A stretch of DNA of 64,000 bases from an uncultured Bacilli bacterium (lineage in GTDB: Bacteria; Bacillota_I; Bacilli_A; RF39; UBA660). A model generated the notes under the pieces. The model ran no database searches. It saw only the letters and a program-made list of their open reading frames with translations, and was not told the origin of the DNA. The position numbers and the translations under genes were made by a program. The stretch is from positions 3,503-67,502 of the forward strand of contig CAKORV010000002.1 in NCBI GenBank assembly GCA_934101625.1, read 5' to 3'. This document shows positions 1 to 8,206 of this stretch, piece by piece; within the stretch, counting starts at the first letter, position 1; the number at the start of each line of letters is the position of its first letter.

Positions 1-57
1 AAATTTGATTGAAACGGCTGGAATTTTGTGATTGTGTAAACATTTTTTCTTTTTTTA

Positions 58-92
58 TTGAAAAATGTACTAAATTATGGTACAATATAAAA
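58..92 (+). promoter_or_regulatory. Sigma-A-like promoter (TTGAAA, 17-nt spacer, extended -10 TGGTACAAT) upstream of the 111..1390 gene pair
   Basis: Read directly: ttgaaa at 58-63, 17-nt spacer, tggtacaat; an RBS GGGGGA precedes the ATG at 111. Confidence 0.4.
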
Positions 93-110
93 TGCTTTAA
101 GGGGGAAAAT

Positions 111-605
111 ATGAAGAAAGATGATCAAATATTATTTGAACAATATTTTAATTATGGTGGAGAGAGAAGAATTAATTCAAAAAAACTTGCTAGTTTAATA
201 AATTTGATACTTAATAGTAAGGAATTAATGAATACTCCAGTTAAAAATAGTAATAAACTTACTAAAGGTACATTAATTAATATGAAGTTTACTACACTTG
301 ATACTATTTGTATGAATGTAAGTTTTAATGGTAGTTATCTGGTAAGTGATGGTGTCACTAATGAAGTGAGAACCATTGATGGTAGTTTAGTTATAGGTAA
401 TGGTGAAGTATCTATAAAAAGTAAAATAACTAGAGTAAAAGAAAATGAAACCTTTGATTTGTATGAATTATTCTATATAGAAAATGGTAAATATTATAGA
501 TATAGTGTTTATCCTTTTAATAGTTATACAGAAGAAATTGGACCTTATGATTTTGAAAAATATAAAGATTTTGAAAAAGAAACTTTAAGTAGGATTAAGA
601 GGTAG
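111..605 (+). CDS. Hypothetical protein (165 aa from the ATG at 111; the ORF track starts at 9)
   Basis: ORF track 9..605. The ATG at 111 has a GGGGGA RBS. The stop lies 3 nt before the start of the next gene. No recognisable domain. Confidence 0.5.
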   Translation: MKKDDQILFEQYFNYGGERRINSKKLASLINLILNSKELMNTPVKNSNKLTKGTLINMKFTTLDTICMNVSFNGSYLVSDGVTNEVRTIDGSLVIGNGEVSIKSKITRVKENETFDLYELFYIENGKYYRYSVYPFNSYTEEIGPYDFEKYKDFEKETLSRIKR

Positions 606-607
606 TT

Positions 608-1390
608 ATGGAATATTCAAAGGTATATGGTTTTACAAATGAAAATTTAACTAGTTATAAAAATATTTATAATTTTAAAAATTCAAGAGTTTTATCTGTT
701 ATAGGAAGTGGTGATCAATATTTATCTAGTATTTTATTTGGAGCAGAAAGTGTTGTTCTTTTTGATAAGAATGAAATAGCTAGGTTATATTTTTTACTTA
801 AATTCTATGCTATTAGATATTTATCATATGAAGAGTTTACTGATTATTTTGTTAATAAAAAGATTATGGATAAAAAATATTATAGTAAAATAAGAAGATT
901 TCTACCAAAAGATGTCAAATATTATTTTGATAAAGTATATAAGAATAATATATTTATACAATATCCTATATCTATAAGTAATAATCCGATTAATTTTTCT
1001 ACTGGAAGAGTTATACCTTATCTAGAAAAAGAGAACTATTATAAGTTACAAACTATATTAAGAAATATAGAGATTCCAATTATTAAAACTAGTTATTTGG
1101 AAGAATTAGATTTTGATAAATTAGGTAAGTTTGATGTTATGTTGTTTTCTAATATTTATTTGTATTTGGATATGGATTATCAAAAATATAAAAAGTTTCT
1201 TATAGGATTAAGGAATAATTTGACAACTGATGGTAAAATTCAAGCAAATTATACTTGGACTAATGGTGGAAGAGGATATGATGATTTCATTCATTCTAGC
1301 GATGATGGATTTGATGTTACAGAAGTAAGTAGTGTTAGATATGATGGTAAAACTGATTTTAAAGATTATGTATTAACTTATAAAAAGTAG
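608..1390 (+). CDS. DUF3419/BtaA-like putative SAM-dependent transferase-fold protein
   Basis: The N-terminal region 'VLSVIGSGDQYLSSILFGAESVVLFDKNEIARLYFLLKFYAIRYLSYEEF' matches the conserved N-terminus of the DUF3419 family (S-adenosylmethionine:diacylglycerol 3-amino-3-carboxypropyl transferase-like), recalled from memory. Tightly coupled to the upstream ORF. Confidence 0.5.
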   Translation: MEYSKVYGFTNENLTSYKNIYNFKNSRVLSVIGSGDQYLSSILFGAESVVLFDKNEIARLYFLLKFYAIRYLSYEEFTDYFVNKKIMDKKYYSKIRRFLPKDVKYYFDKVYKNNIFIQYPISISNNPINFSTGRVIPYLEKENYYKLQTILRNIEIPIIKTSYLEELDFDKLGKFDVMLFSNIYLYLDMDYQKYKKFLIGLRNNLTTDGKIQANYTWTNGGRGYDDFIHSSDDGFDVTEVSSVRYDGKTDFKDYVLTYKK

Positions 1391-1409
1391 TTGAATTATA
1401 AATTTAATA

Positions 1410-1632
1410 ATGTTAAAATCTTAATAGAAAGCGAAGATAAGGGAATAAATTTAAAGCACTTATTATAGAAAGTTAGTGGTTGATGGAAACTAATATAAGT
1501 ATTAAATTTTCCTACCCTTTAAGTGAAATATAAAAGTATTTCCGGAATTAAACCGTTATTTAATAAAGTTAAAATTAGGATGGCACCGCGGTTATTCGCT
1601 CCTTAGTGTCATTCTTTTTATTTTGAGAGGTG
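1410..1632 (+). promoter_or_regulatory. T-box riboswitch leader, probably proline-specific, upstream of proS
   Basis: F-box-like CCGTTA (ccgttattt) and the T-box consensus 'aattaggatggcaccgcgg' at 1573-1591, followed by a terminator-like hairpin and a T-run. A candidate CCU-A specifier lies in 'ttcctaccc'. Confidence 0.7.
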
Positions 1633-1636
1633 TAAA

Positions 1637-3061
1637 ATGAAAAATAATAAAATAACTAGTAGAGAAGAGAATTTTGCAGATTGGTATACTGATGTAGTAT
1701 CTGTTTCAAGATTAGCGAGATATTCAAATGTAAAAGGGTGTGTTATACTTGAACCTAATGGATGTGCACTTTGGGATAACATAGTAGAAAATATGGATAA
1801 GTTATTTAAAGAAACAGGGCATAGAAATGTTAAATTACCTATGTTTATACCAGAAGGATTACTAAATAAGGAAAGTGAATTAGTAAATGGTTTTGCACCT
1901 GAAGTAGCGTGGGTTACACAGGGTGGATCTAAAACACTTGAAGAAAGATTGTGTGTGCGTCCAACTAGTGAAACTTTATTTAGTGATTACTATAGTGAAA
2001 TAGTTAAGTCATATAAAGATTTACCAATTAAATATAATCAATGGTGTAGTGTTGTTAGATGGGAAAAAGAAACTAGACCATTCTTAAGAAGTAGAGAATT
2101 TTTTTGGCAAGAAGGCCATACAGTACATGCAACTAGTGAAGAAGCAGAAAAAGAAACTAGAGATATGCTTAATGTATACAAAAAATTCTTTGAAGAATAT
2201 TTAGCAGTACCAGTAGTATGTGGAAAGAAAACAGAAAAAGAGAAATTTGCAGGAGCAGAATATACATTAACTATTGAAGCACTTATGCATAATGGAATAT
2301 GTCTTCAAAGTGGTACAAGCCATTATTTTGGACAAAAATTTAGTAAGGCTTATGATATTAAGTTTCTAAATAAAAATAATGAGTATGAATATTGTTATCA
2401 AACATCATGGGGTACTTCAAATAGAATGATTGGTGCTTTAATTATGGTACATGGTGATGATCGTGGATTAGTTCTTCCACCTAAGATTGCGCCTACTAAA
2501 GTGGCAATAATACCTATTGGAAATGATGAAAATGTAATAAATACTACAAATATGATAGAAAGTCTATTAAAAGAAAATAACATTAGTTATTACACTGATA
2601 ATACTGATAAAACTCCAGGATTCAAATTTGCTGAAGCAGAAGTAAATGGTATACCAGTTCGTATAGAAATTGGAAAAAGAGATTTAGAAAATAATCAAAT
2701 TACTTTTGTAAGAAGAGATACTAGTGAAAAAATCACAATTAGTTTAAATGAAAATATACTTGATAAATTAAATGAACTATTTAATGAAATTCAAAATAAC
2801 TTATTTGAAAAAGCTAAAGAAAGAATGAATAGTTTGACATTTACAGCTAGTAATTTAACTGAAGTAGAAAATATTTTAAATACTCATCCAGGATTTATAA
2901 AAGCACCTTGGTGTGGGAATTTAGATTGTGAACTAAAAATGAAAGAAATTAAAGGATGTAAGTCTAGATGTATATTAGAAAATGAGGAAGTTCATGATGA
3001 AAAATGTGTTGTATGTGGTGGTAAAGCAAAACATATTGTGATGTGGGGAATTCAATATTAA
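1637..3061 (+). CDS. proS: Prolyl-tRNA synthetase, archaeal/eukaryotic-type class II (474 aa)
   Basis: N-terminus 'FADWYTDVVSVSRLARYSNVKGCVILEPNGCALWD' and overall length are typical of archaeal-type ProRS, as found in Clostridia. It has the C-terminal Zn-binding domain and lacks a bacterial INS editing domain. Confidence 0.93.
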   Translation: MKNNKITSREENFADWYTDVVSVSRLARYSNVKGCVILEPNGCALWDNIVENMDKLFKETGHRNVKLPMFIPEGLLNKESELVNGFAPEVAWVTQGGSKTLEERLCVRPTSETLFSDYYSEIVKSYKDLPIKYNQWCSVVRWEKETRPFLRSREFFWQEGHTVHATSEEAEKETRDMLNVYKKFFEEYLAVPVVCGKKTEKEKFAGAEYTLTIEALMHNGICLQSGTSHYFGQKFSKAYDIKFLNKNNEYEYCYQTSWGTSNRMIGALIMVHGDDRGLVLPPKIAPTKVAIIPIGNDENVINTTNMIESLLKENNISYYTDNTDKTPGFKFAEAEVNGIPVRIEIGKRDLENNQITFVRRDTSEKITISLNENILDKLNELFNEIQNNLFEKAKERMNSLTFTASNLTEVENILNTHPGFIKAPWCGNLDCELKMKEIKGCKSRCILENEEVHDEKCVVCGGKAKHIVMWGIQY

Positions 3062-3144
3062 AGTTGTTGTTTATTCAATAACTTTTTTTCTATTGTAGAA
3101 TTAGTAAAATTTGGTTATAATATAAATATAAAAGGAGAATAAAG

Positions 3145-4098
3145 ATGGTTAAAAAGAAATTAAATGTAAAAAAATTAGGAGCATTTATTGGAGCAATAGT
3201 TTTAGTAGTTATATTAGGAATAGTAGGAATTAAAAAATTAGTTGACGAATCTAAATTAAAGAAAACTATAGAATATAAGTTAGGAGAAGTTGGTTATAGT
3301 ACCAATGAAATAAAAGTTATAAAAGATACTTTTGATAATGATAAAATTAATGATTTATTAAATTCGAAGTATAAAAGTAATCTTACAAAATTTATAAATG
3401 AAAAATATTTTCTATATAAAAATTTAGATAGATATTTGGATTATTATAGTAAAAATTCTAGTATTAAACCTTCAAAAGTGGTGGGAATAGTTAATACAAA
3501 TGCTGATACTGGATGGTATAGTAAAATAGTGGATACTGATATATCAAAGGGAGAAAAAATGCTAGTTAATAAGTTTTATAAGTTGGGTAGTGATTATGAA
3601 CCTAGTGATTTAAAGTTGGTGTCAAGTTCTTATGCTTATTCTGGAAAATATGTAAGTGAAAGTATTTATGATGATTTAATTAATATGTTAAGTGATGCTA
3701 AAGATGCTGGATATACATTAGTAGTTAGTCAAGGATATAGAAGTTATGCTGATCAAGAAGAAGCATATAATGATATTGAAAGTTCTAGTGGAGAAGATAA
3801 TGCTGATAGATTAGCTGCAAGAGCAGGACATTCTGAATATCAAACTGGATTAAGTGTAGTTATTAAACCATATAATAAAGAAGTTGAAGAAGGAAAACAA
3901 TATGATGAAAATGATTGGTTATTAAAAAATAGTTATAGATATGGATTTATATTAAGATATCCAGAAAATACTAGTGATATAACTGGATTTGAAACAGATA
4001 TGTGGAGATTTAGATATGTTGGGACAGATATAGCAAGGAAAATACATGAAGAAAATATAACATTTGATGAGTATTATGCTTATTATTTAAATAAGTAA
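3145..4098 (+). CDS. Membrane-anchored peptidase M15B (VanY-like D-Ala-D-Ala/LD-carboxypeptidase)
   Basis: N-terminal TM helix. Motifs SQGYRSYADQ, AGHSEYQTGL, DMWRFRYVG are characteristic of the VanY/M15 zinc peptidase family. Confidence 0.8.
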   Translation: MVKKKLNVKKLGAFIGAIVLVVILGIVGIKKLVDESKLKKTIEYKLGEVGYSTNEIKVIKDTFDNDKINDLLNSKYKSNLTKFINEKYFLYKNLDRYLDYYSKNSSIKPSKVVGIVNTNADTGWYSKIVDTDISKGEKMLVNKFYKLGSDYEPSDLKLVSSSYAYSGKYVSESIYDDLINMLSDAKDAGYTLVVSQGYRSYADQEEAYNDIESSSGEDNADRLAARAGHSEYQTGLSVVIKPYNKEVEEGKQYDENDWLLKNSYRYGFILRYPENTSDITGFETDMWRFRYVGTDIARKIHEENITFDEYYAYYLNK

Positions 4099-4116
4099 AT
4101 TTACTAAGGGGGAATT

Positions 4117-5058
4117 ATGAATAACAAAGTAGTAGTATTAGGTGGTGGTACAGGTTTGTCTGTACTATTATCTGGTTTAAAGAAATTTCCATTAGATATA
4201 ACAGCAATTGTTAGTGTATCTGATAATGGAAGTTCAACTGGAAAATTAAGAGAAGAATTTAATACTCCAGCAGTTGGAGATATAAGAAGAGTGTTAATAA
4301 GTTTATCAGAAACTGAACCATTAGTGGAAAAGTTGTTTAACTATAGATTTCATACTACAAGTGATTTAAATGGGCATACAGTTGGTAACTTGATTTTAAC
4401 TGCAACTAAAGAAATTACAGGTAACTTAAGTGATGGTATTGAAGCTTTGTCTAAAGTGTTTAATTTAAAAGGTAGAGTTGTACCATTAACTGAAGATAAT
4501 GTAACCTTAATGGCTAAAATGACAGATGGAAGTATAGTAAAAGGAGAAACTGAAATAACTGCATCAGACAAAAAAATCAAAAAGGTATTTTATGAAGAAA
4601 CTCCAATTATTACACCACTTGCTATTAAAGAAATAAGAGAAGCTAATATAATAGTGTTAAGTATGGGAAGTATATATACAAGTATCATTCCAAATTTAAT
4701 TAATAAAGAAATTATAGATGCTATTGATAATTCGAATGCAAAAGTAATGTATGTTTGTAATATGATGACGCAACCTGGCGAAACAGATGGATTTAGTGTT
4801 AGTGATCATGTTAAATTATTAAATAGTTATTTAGGTAATAAAAAAATAGATAAAGTGTTAGTTAATAATAAATTAATTGATAAAATGATATTAGATAAAT
4901 ATCAAAACGAAGAACAAAAAGATTTAGTAAAAATAGATTATGATAATCTTAAGGATGTAACTTTAATAGAAGATGATTATTTTATTGTTGAAGATTCAAG
5001 AATTAGACACGATGCTTTAAAATTAGCTTTTAGTATATTTAGTGAAATATTCAAATAA
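4117..5058 (+). CDS. yvcK: Gluconeogenesis factor / UPF0052 (YvcK, CofD-like) family protein
   Basis: 'VVVLGGGTGLSVLLSGLKKFPLDITAIVSVSDNGSSTGKLR' is the hallmark N-terminus of the YvcK/CofD family. Confidence 0.9.
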   Translation: MNNKVVVLGGGTGLSVLLSGLKKFPLDITAIVSVSDNGSSTGKLREEFNTPAVGDIRRVLISLSETEPLVEKLFNYRFHTTSDLNGHTVGNLILTATKEITGNLSDGIEALSKVFNLKGRVVPLTEDNVTLMAKMTDGSIVKGETEITASDKKIKKVFYEETPIITPLAIKEIREANIIVLSMGSIYTSIIPNLINKEIIDAIDNSNAKVMYVCNMMTQPGETDGFSVSDHVKLLNSYLGNKKIDKVLVNNKLIDKMILDKYQNEEQKDLVKIDYDNLKDVTLIEDDYFIVEDSRIRHDALKLAFSIFSEIFK

Positions 5059-5087
5059 AATCTAGAGAAATAATTTCTAGATTTTTT
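5058..5087 (+). terminator. Rho-independent terminator after yvcK
   Basis: Perfect 9-bp stem AAATCTAGA/TCTAGATTT followed by a T-run. Confidence 0.6.
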
Positions 5088-5206
5088 AAGTATTAATAAT
5101 TTACTATATATATTTTATTTTCTGAATTATAGAAAGAAAGTACCTAAAATGTACCTAAATAACAAATATAAAAAAAAGCCCTTAAATAAGGACTTAAATT
5201 ACTAAT

Positions 5207-5283
5207 TGGTGGAGAATGTGGGACTTGAACCCGCGACCTCCTGCGTGCAAGGCAGATGCTCTAGCCAACTGAGCTAATTCCCC
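5207..5283 (-). tRNA. tRNA-Ala (anticodon UGC)
   Basis: Reverse complement reads GGGGAATTAGCTCAGTTGGCTAGAGCATCTGCCTTGCACGCAGGAGGTCGCGGGTTCAAGTCCCACATTCTCCACCA. It has a G3:U70 pair, anticodon loop CTTGCAC, a TΨC arm GGTTCAAGTCC and an encoded CCA. A weak hairpin plus T-run follows on the minus strand. Confidence 0.95.
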
Positions 5284-5419
5284 AACGGTAGGCACTTGAT
5301 TAAATCAAGCATAGAAAGTGTATCATAAAATTGATACTTAAGTCAAGACATTTTTCGTAAATTTTTATAAAATGTTGAAAAAAATGGTTATTCATAGTAA
5401 AATTTTGTTAGAAAAGGTG

Positions 5420-5824
5420 ATGAATGTGGAAAATAAAATTATAAATATTGAAATAGATGAGGATGGAAATTTATTTATACCTAGTGAATTAAGAAAACAA
5501 ATAAAGCCTAATATGTTATTAACTTGTATTAGCAGTAATTCATTGTTAATTATTACTAAAGATAGTTTAAATCATTTATGTAGTAATATACCTAGAAAAG
5601 AACAAATAAATAGATTAAGAGTTCTTAAAGCTAATTCTACTGAGTTTGTTATGAATGAAAATTTTATTGTTAATATTCCTGATTATATATTGGATAGAAT
5701 TAATTTTAGAAAAGGTGGTATTGTTTTCAGTAAGCAAAATAGTGATAGTTTTCAAATTATAGATTCTAAATTATTTAGAGAAAATGAAGATAGAGTGGAA
5801 GAGACATATGGAAAACAAATTTAG
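5420..5824 (+). CDS. Tandem AbrB/MazE/SpoVT-type (swapped-hairpin) domain protein, MraZ-like architecture
   Basis: Two copies of the swapped-hairpin motif ('IDEDGNLFIPSELRKQIKPNMLL...IITK' and 'FIVNIPDYILDRINFRKGGIVFSK...QIID'). The better start is the ATG at 5420 (RBS AAAGGTGA); the ORF track begins at 5372. Confidence 0.5.
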   Translation: MNVENKIINIEIDEDGNLFIPSELRKQIKPNMLLTCISSNSLLIITKDSLNHLCSNIPRKEQINRLRVLKANSTEFVMNENFIVNIPDYILDRINFRKGGIVFSKQNSDSFQIIDSKLFRENEDRVEETYGKQI

Positions 5825-6326
5825 GTTAGAACTATTAAATAAAAATAAAGAATTTCAAAATATATTTAATGATCTTTTAGGACAAAAAGATATATTTGAA
5901 TTTGATGATAACTTGTATAATTTTATATTGAGAGATAGATCATCTATTTGGATAAATAATGAACCATATGCATTTAAAGATTTATTTCATTTAAACTTGA
6001 ATGAAGGTAGATGTAAAAGATGTGTTTTTGAATTGTTGTTTCTTTTAGATAAATTTGGAATTTATAGTGAAGCCGTGGAATGCGTTAACAATTATTTCAA
6101 GGGAACTACTGGTTCTAGTTATGGTGGACATTGGTATTTGGAATTATATTACAATAATGATATATTTTTAATTGATACTTCATTAATTATTGTAGGTAAA
6201 AAAGATTCTTTTGAAAAGTTAGGACATAAAATTATAAGAAAACTTGATATAGATACTATATTTAAAGAAAATAATGAGTTAATAGATTATTATGATAATA
6301 TGATAATTAATAAATCTAATTTATAA
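5784..6326 (+). CDS. Hypothetical protein, 180 aa (alternative start at the ATG at 5808), translationally coupled to the upstream AbrB-like gene
   Basis: ORF track entry. It overlaps the upstream stop. No recognisable domain; contains a CKRC...C cysteine cluster. Confidence 0.45.
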   Translation: MKIEWKRHMENKFRLELLNKNKEFQNIFNDLLGQKDIFEFDDNLYNFILRDRSSIWINNEPYAFKDLFHLNLNEGRCKRCVFELLFLLDKFGIYSEAVECVNNYFKGTTGSSYGGHWYLELYYNNDIFLIDTSLIIVGKKDSFEKLGHKIIRKLDIDTIFKENNELIDYYDNMIINKSNL

Positions 6327-6624
6327 TATCAACTTTTATGAGGTTTTTAAAATATATTCTTATGCTATTTATAAGGATATATTTTTCTATTGTGTTTATA
6401 TTTCTAATATTACCATTAATATATTTGAGTTCTCCTTTATCAAAGTATTTAACTTTTATTTCTTTATTTTCTTTTATAGCAACTTTAAGTAAATTATCTA
6501 TTTCAGAAATCCTATCTTCCATAATAATTGGTTTTTCAACCTTATTTCTAATCATTATAATTTCATTTATATCTCTATTATTTAATAAAGTATTAAAAGG
6601 TTTCCATTTAATCATACCTCGCAT
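6316..6624 (-). CDS. YolD-like protein (accessory to a Y-family polymerase)
   Basis: ~100 aa ORF with an AAGGTGA RBS, 10 nt downstream of the Y-family polymerase gene. Matches the uvrX–yolD / yqjW–yqzH pairing known in Bacillus. Confidence 0.65.
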   Translation of the reverse strand: MRGMIKWKPFNTLLNNRDINEIIMIRNKVEKPIIMEDRISEIDNLLKVAIKENKEIKVKYFDKGELKYINGNIRNINTIEKYILINSIRIYFKNLIKVDIIN

Positions 6625-6633
6625 AATATCACC

Positions 6634-7884
6634 TTACTTACTATGACCACCTAAAGTATTATTTCTTTTTTTAATAGTGCTGTAATCATATAAACTATTT
6701 GCTTTAAGTATAGAGTTTTCTCCAAATTTACTTGTTACTAGATCTATTACTTTATTTAATTTATCATCTTTTTGATTTTCTTCATTGGTTTCAAATAAAT
6801 TTAATTGTTTATAATTATTATTCTCAATTTTACCTAAAGATATACTTACTTTTCTAATAGGTAAATCTTCTACATAATTATTAAAAATACTCATACATAC
6901 TTCTAGTATTCTTTCTTCATTATCTGTTGATTCACTAAGTTTGCATGAATGATAAAACCCACCACCAATACTCCTAGAATATCCAATTCCAAATCCAACA
7001 ACACCACATACCTTTTTATTTAATCTTAATCTTTTAGTAACTTTACTAACCATTTCTCTAATTATTAATGTAACATTAAGTGTGGTATAATCTTTATATA
7101 AAATTTGACTTAATCCATAACTTTTATTTTTAACTATATAATTTTGAGTTTTAATATTACTATAATCAATTCCATTTGCATGTTCCCAAAGTTCTTCACC
7201 AAGTATTCCAAATCTTTTTTTATAGAAAGTTTTAGGATATTTATTTATATCACCAACTTTTTTAATACCTAAATCATTTAATTTTTTCATAGTTTTACTA
7301 CCAATTCCCCACATTTCATCAAGTGGCTCAATATTCCAAAGTTTAGTTTTAATATCATCATACGTCCATTTTGCAATGAAGTCAGGAGAATGTTTACTTT
7401 CAATATCAAGAGCAACTTTTGCTAAAAGTAAATTAGGGCCAATTCCACAAGTTGAAGTAAGTCCTGTTCTTTTAGTAATCTCATTCATAATAGTTTTTGC
7501 TAGAGTAACATCATCCATTTTATATAGTTTTAAGTAGTCTGTTACATCTAAAAATGACTCATCAATTGAATAAACATGCATATCTTCTTTACTTACAAAA
7601 TCTAAAAATGTATTAATAACTTCTTTACTTTTTTGAACATATAAATTCATTCTTGGTTTAGCAGTTATATATTTAATATTTTTAGGAATTTCAAAAACTC
7701 TTCCACGACTAGGAACACCAAGAGACTTCATATAAGGAGTAACTGCTAGTGTAATCGCACCACCTTTTCTAGATGGGTCTGCTACAATGAGTGGAGTGGT
7801 AAATGGATTTAACCTTCTATCAACACATTCTACTGATGCAAAAAAACTTTTTAGGTCTATACATAAAATATTTCTTTCTTCCAT
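6634..7884 (-). CDS. Y-family (UmuC/DinB-like) translesion DNA polymerase
   Basis: N-terminus 'ILCIDLKSFFASVECVDRRLNP...LIVA' and overall Y-family layout. The start is assigned to MEERN, which has an AAGGAGA RBS; the ORF track runs on to 7917. Confidence 0.9.
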   Translation of the reverse strand: MEERNILCIDLKSFFASVECVDRRLNPFTTPLIVADPSRKGGAITLAVTPYMKSLGVPSRGRVFEIPKNIKYITAKPRMNLYVQKSKEVINTFLDFVSKEDMHVYSIDESFLDVTDYLKLYKMDDVTLAKTIMNEITKRTGLTSTCGIGPNLLLAKVALDIESKHSPDFIAKWTYDDIKTKLWNIEPLDEMWGIGSKTMKKLNDLGIKKVGDINKYPKTFYKKRFGILGEELWEHANGIDYSNIKTQNYIVKNKSYGLSQILYKDYTTLNVTLIIREMVSKVTKRLRLNKKVCGVVGFGIGYSRSIGGGFYHSCKLSESTDNEERILEVCMSIFNNYVEDLPIRKVSISLGKIENNNYKQLNLFETNEENQKDDKLNKVIDLVTSKFGENSILKANSLYDYSTIKKRNNTLGGHSK

Positions 7885-8206
7885 AATATACTCATCTCCT
7901 TGAAATAAGAATAACATATTTTTGTTCGCGTTTCAATGATTGCAATAATAAATTTATAGGAAAAATATGGAAAAAGTGTTTGACAAACATAAGTACTTAT
8001 GATAAAGTGTATGTAAGGAAAATCTGAAGTAATTCAAAATAAGTAGAATTTTATATAAATGTTAAATAGTGTAAATGATTTGTAAAATGATATTTAAATA
8101 TTCTAAACAATGATATAATTAAGTCACGGAAGAATATACATAAAGCAACTTAAATTATATATAATGATAATAGTTTATGTGTTATTCTTAATATGGAGGA
8201 AGAAAA

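Noticed and set aside
2398-2583. Short antisense ORFs inside proS, yvcK, the alaS region, pnp, the ABC exporter and others (2398, 4350, 17006, 17956, 21239, 25927, 29161, 31786, 34619, 35249, 37571, 45650, 46541, 47680, 53736, 61748, 62232, 62303, 63740 on the minus strand; 17984 and 39261 on the plus strand)
   Set aside because: Each lies entirely within a well-supported gene, has no RBS and has a skewed composition. They are typical spurious ORFs in AT-rich DNA.
6338-6646. 102-aa plus-strand ORF overlapping the minus-strand yolD-like gene
   Set aside because: It is a hydrophobic low-complexity translation of AT-rich antisense sequence. The minus-strand ORF has a proper RBS and operon context with the polymerase gene.
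7901-7925. Possible LexA (Cheo) box upstream of the Y-family polymerase
   Set aside because: The sequence is AACATAT-tttt-GTTCG, with a 4-nt insertion relative to CGAACATATGTTCG and a poor left arm. It is not a confident operator and is kept only as a discussion point.
5207-7990. Genomic island integrated at tRNA-Ala
   Set aside because: The tRNA 3' end faces the conserved yvcK side. The unknown genes and polY lie on the 5' side, and no direct repeat of the tRNA 3' end or integrase is present.
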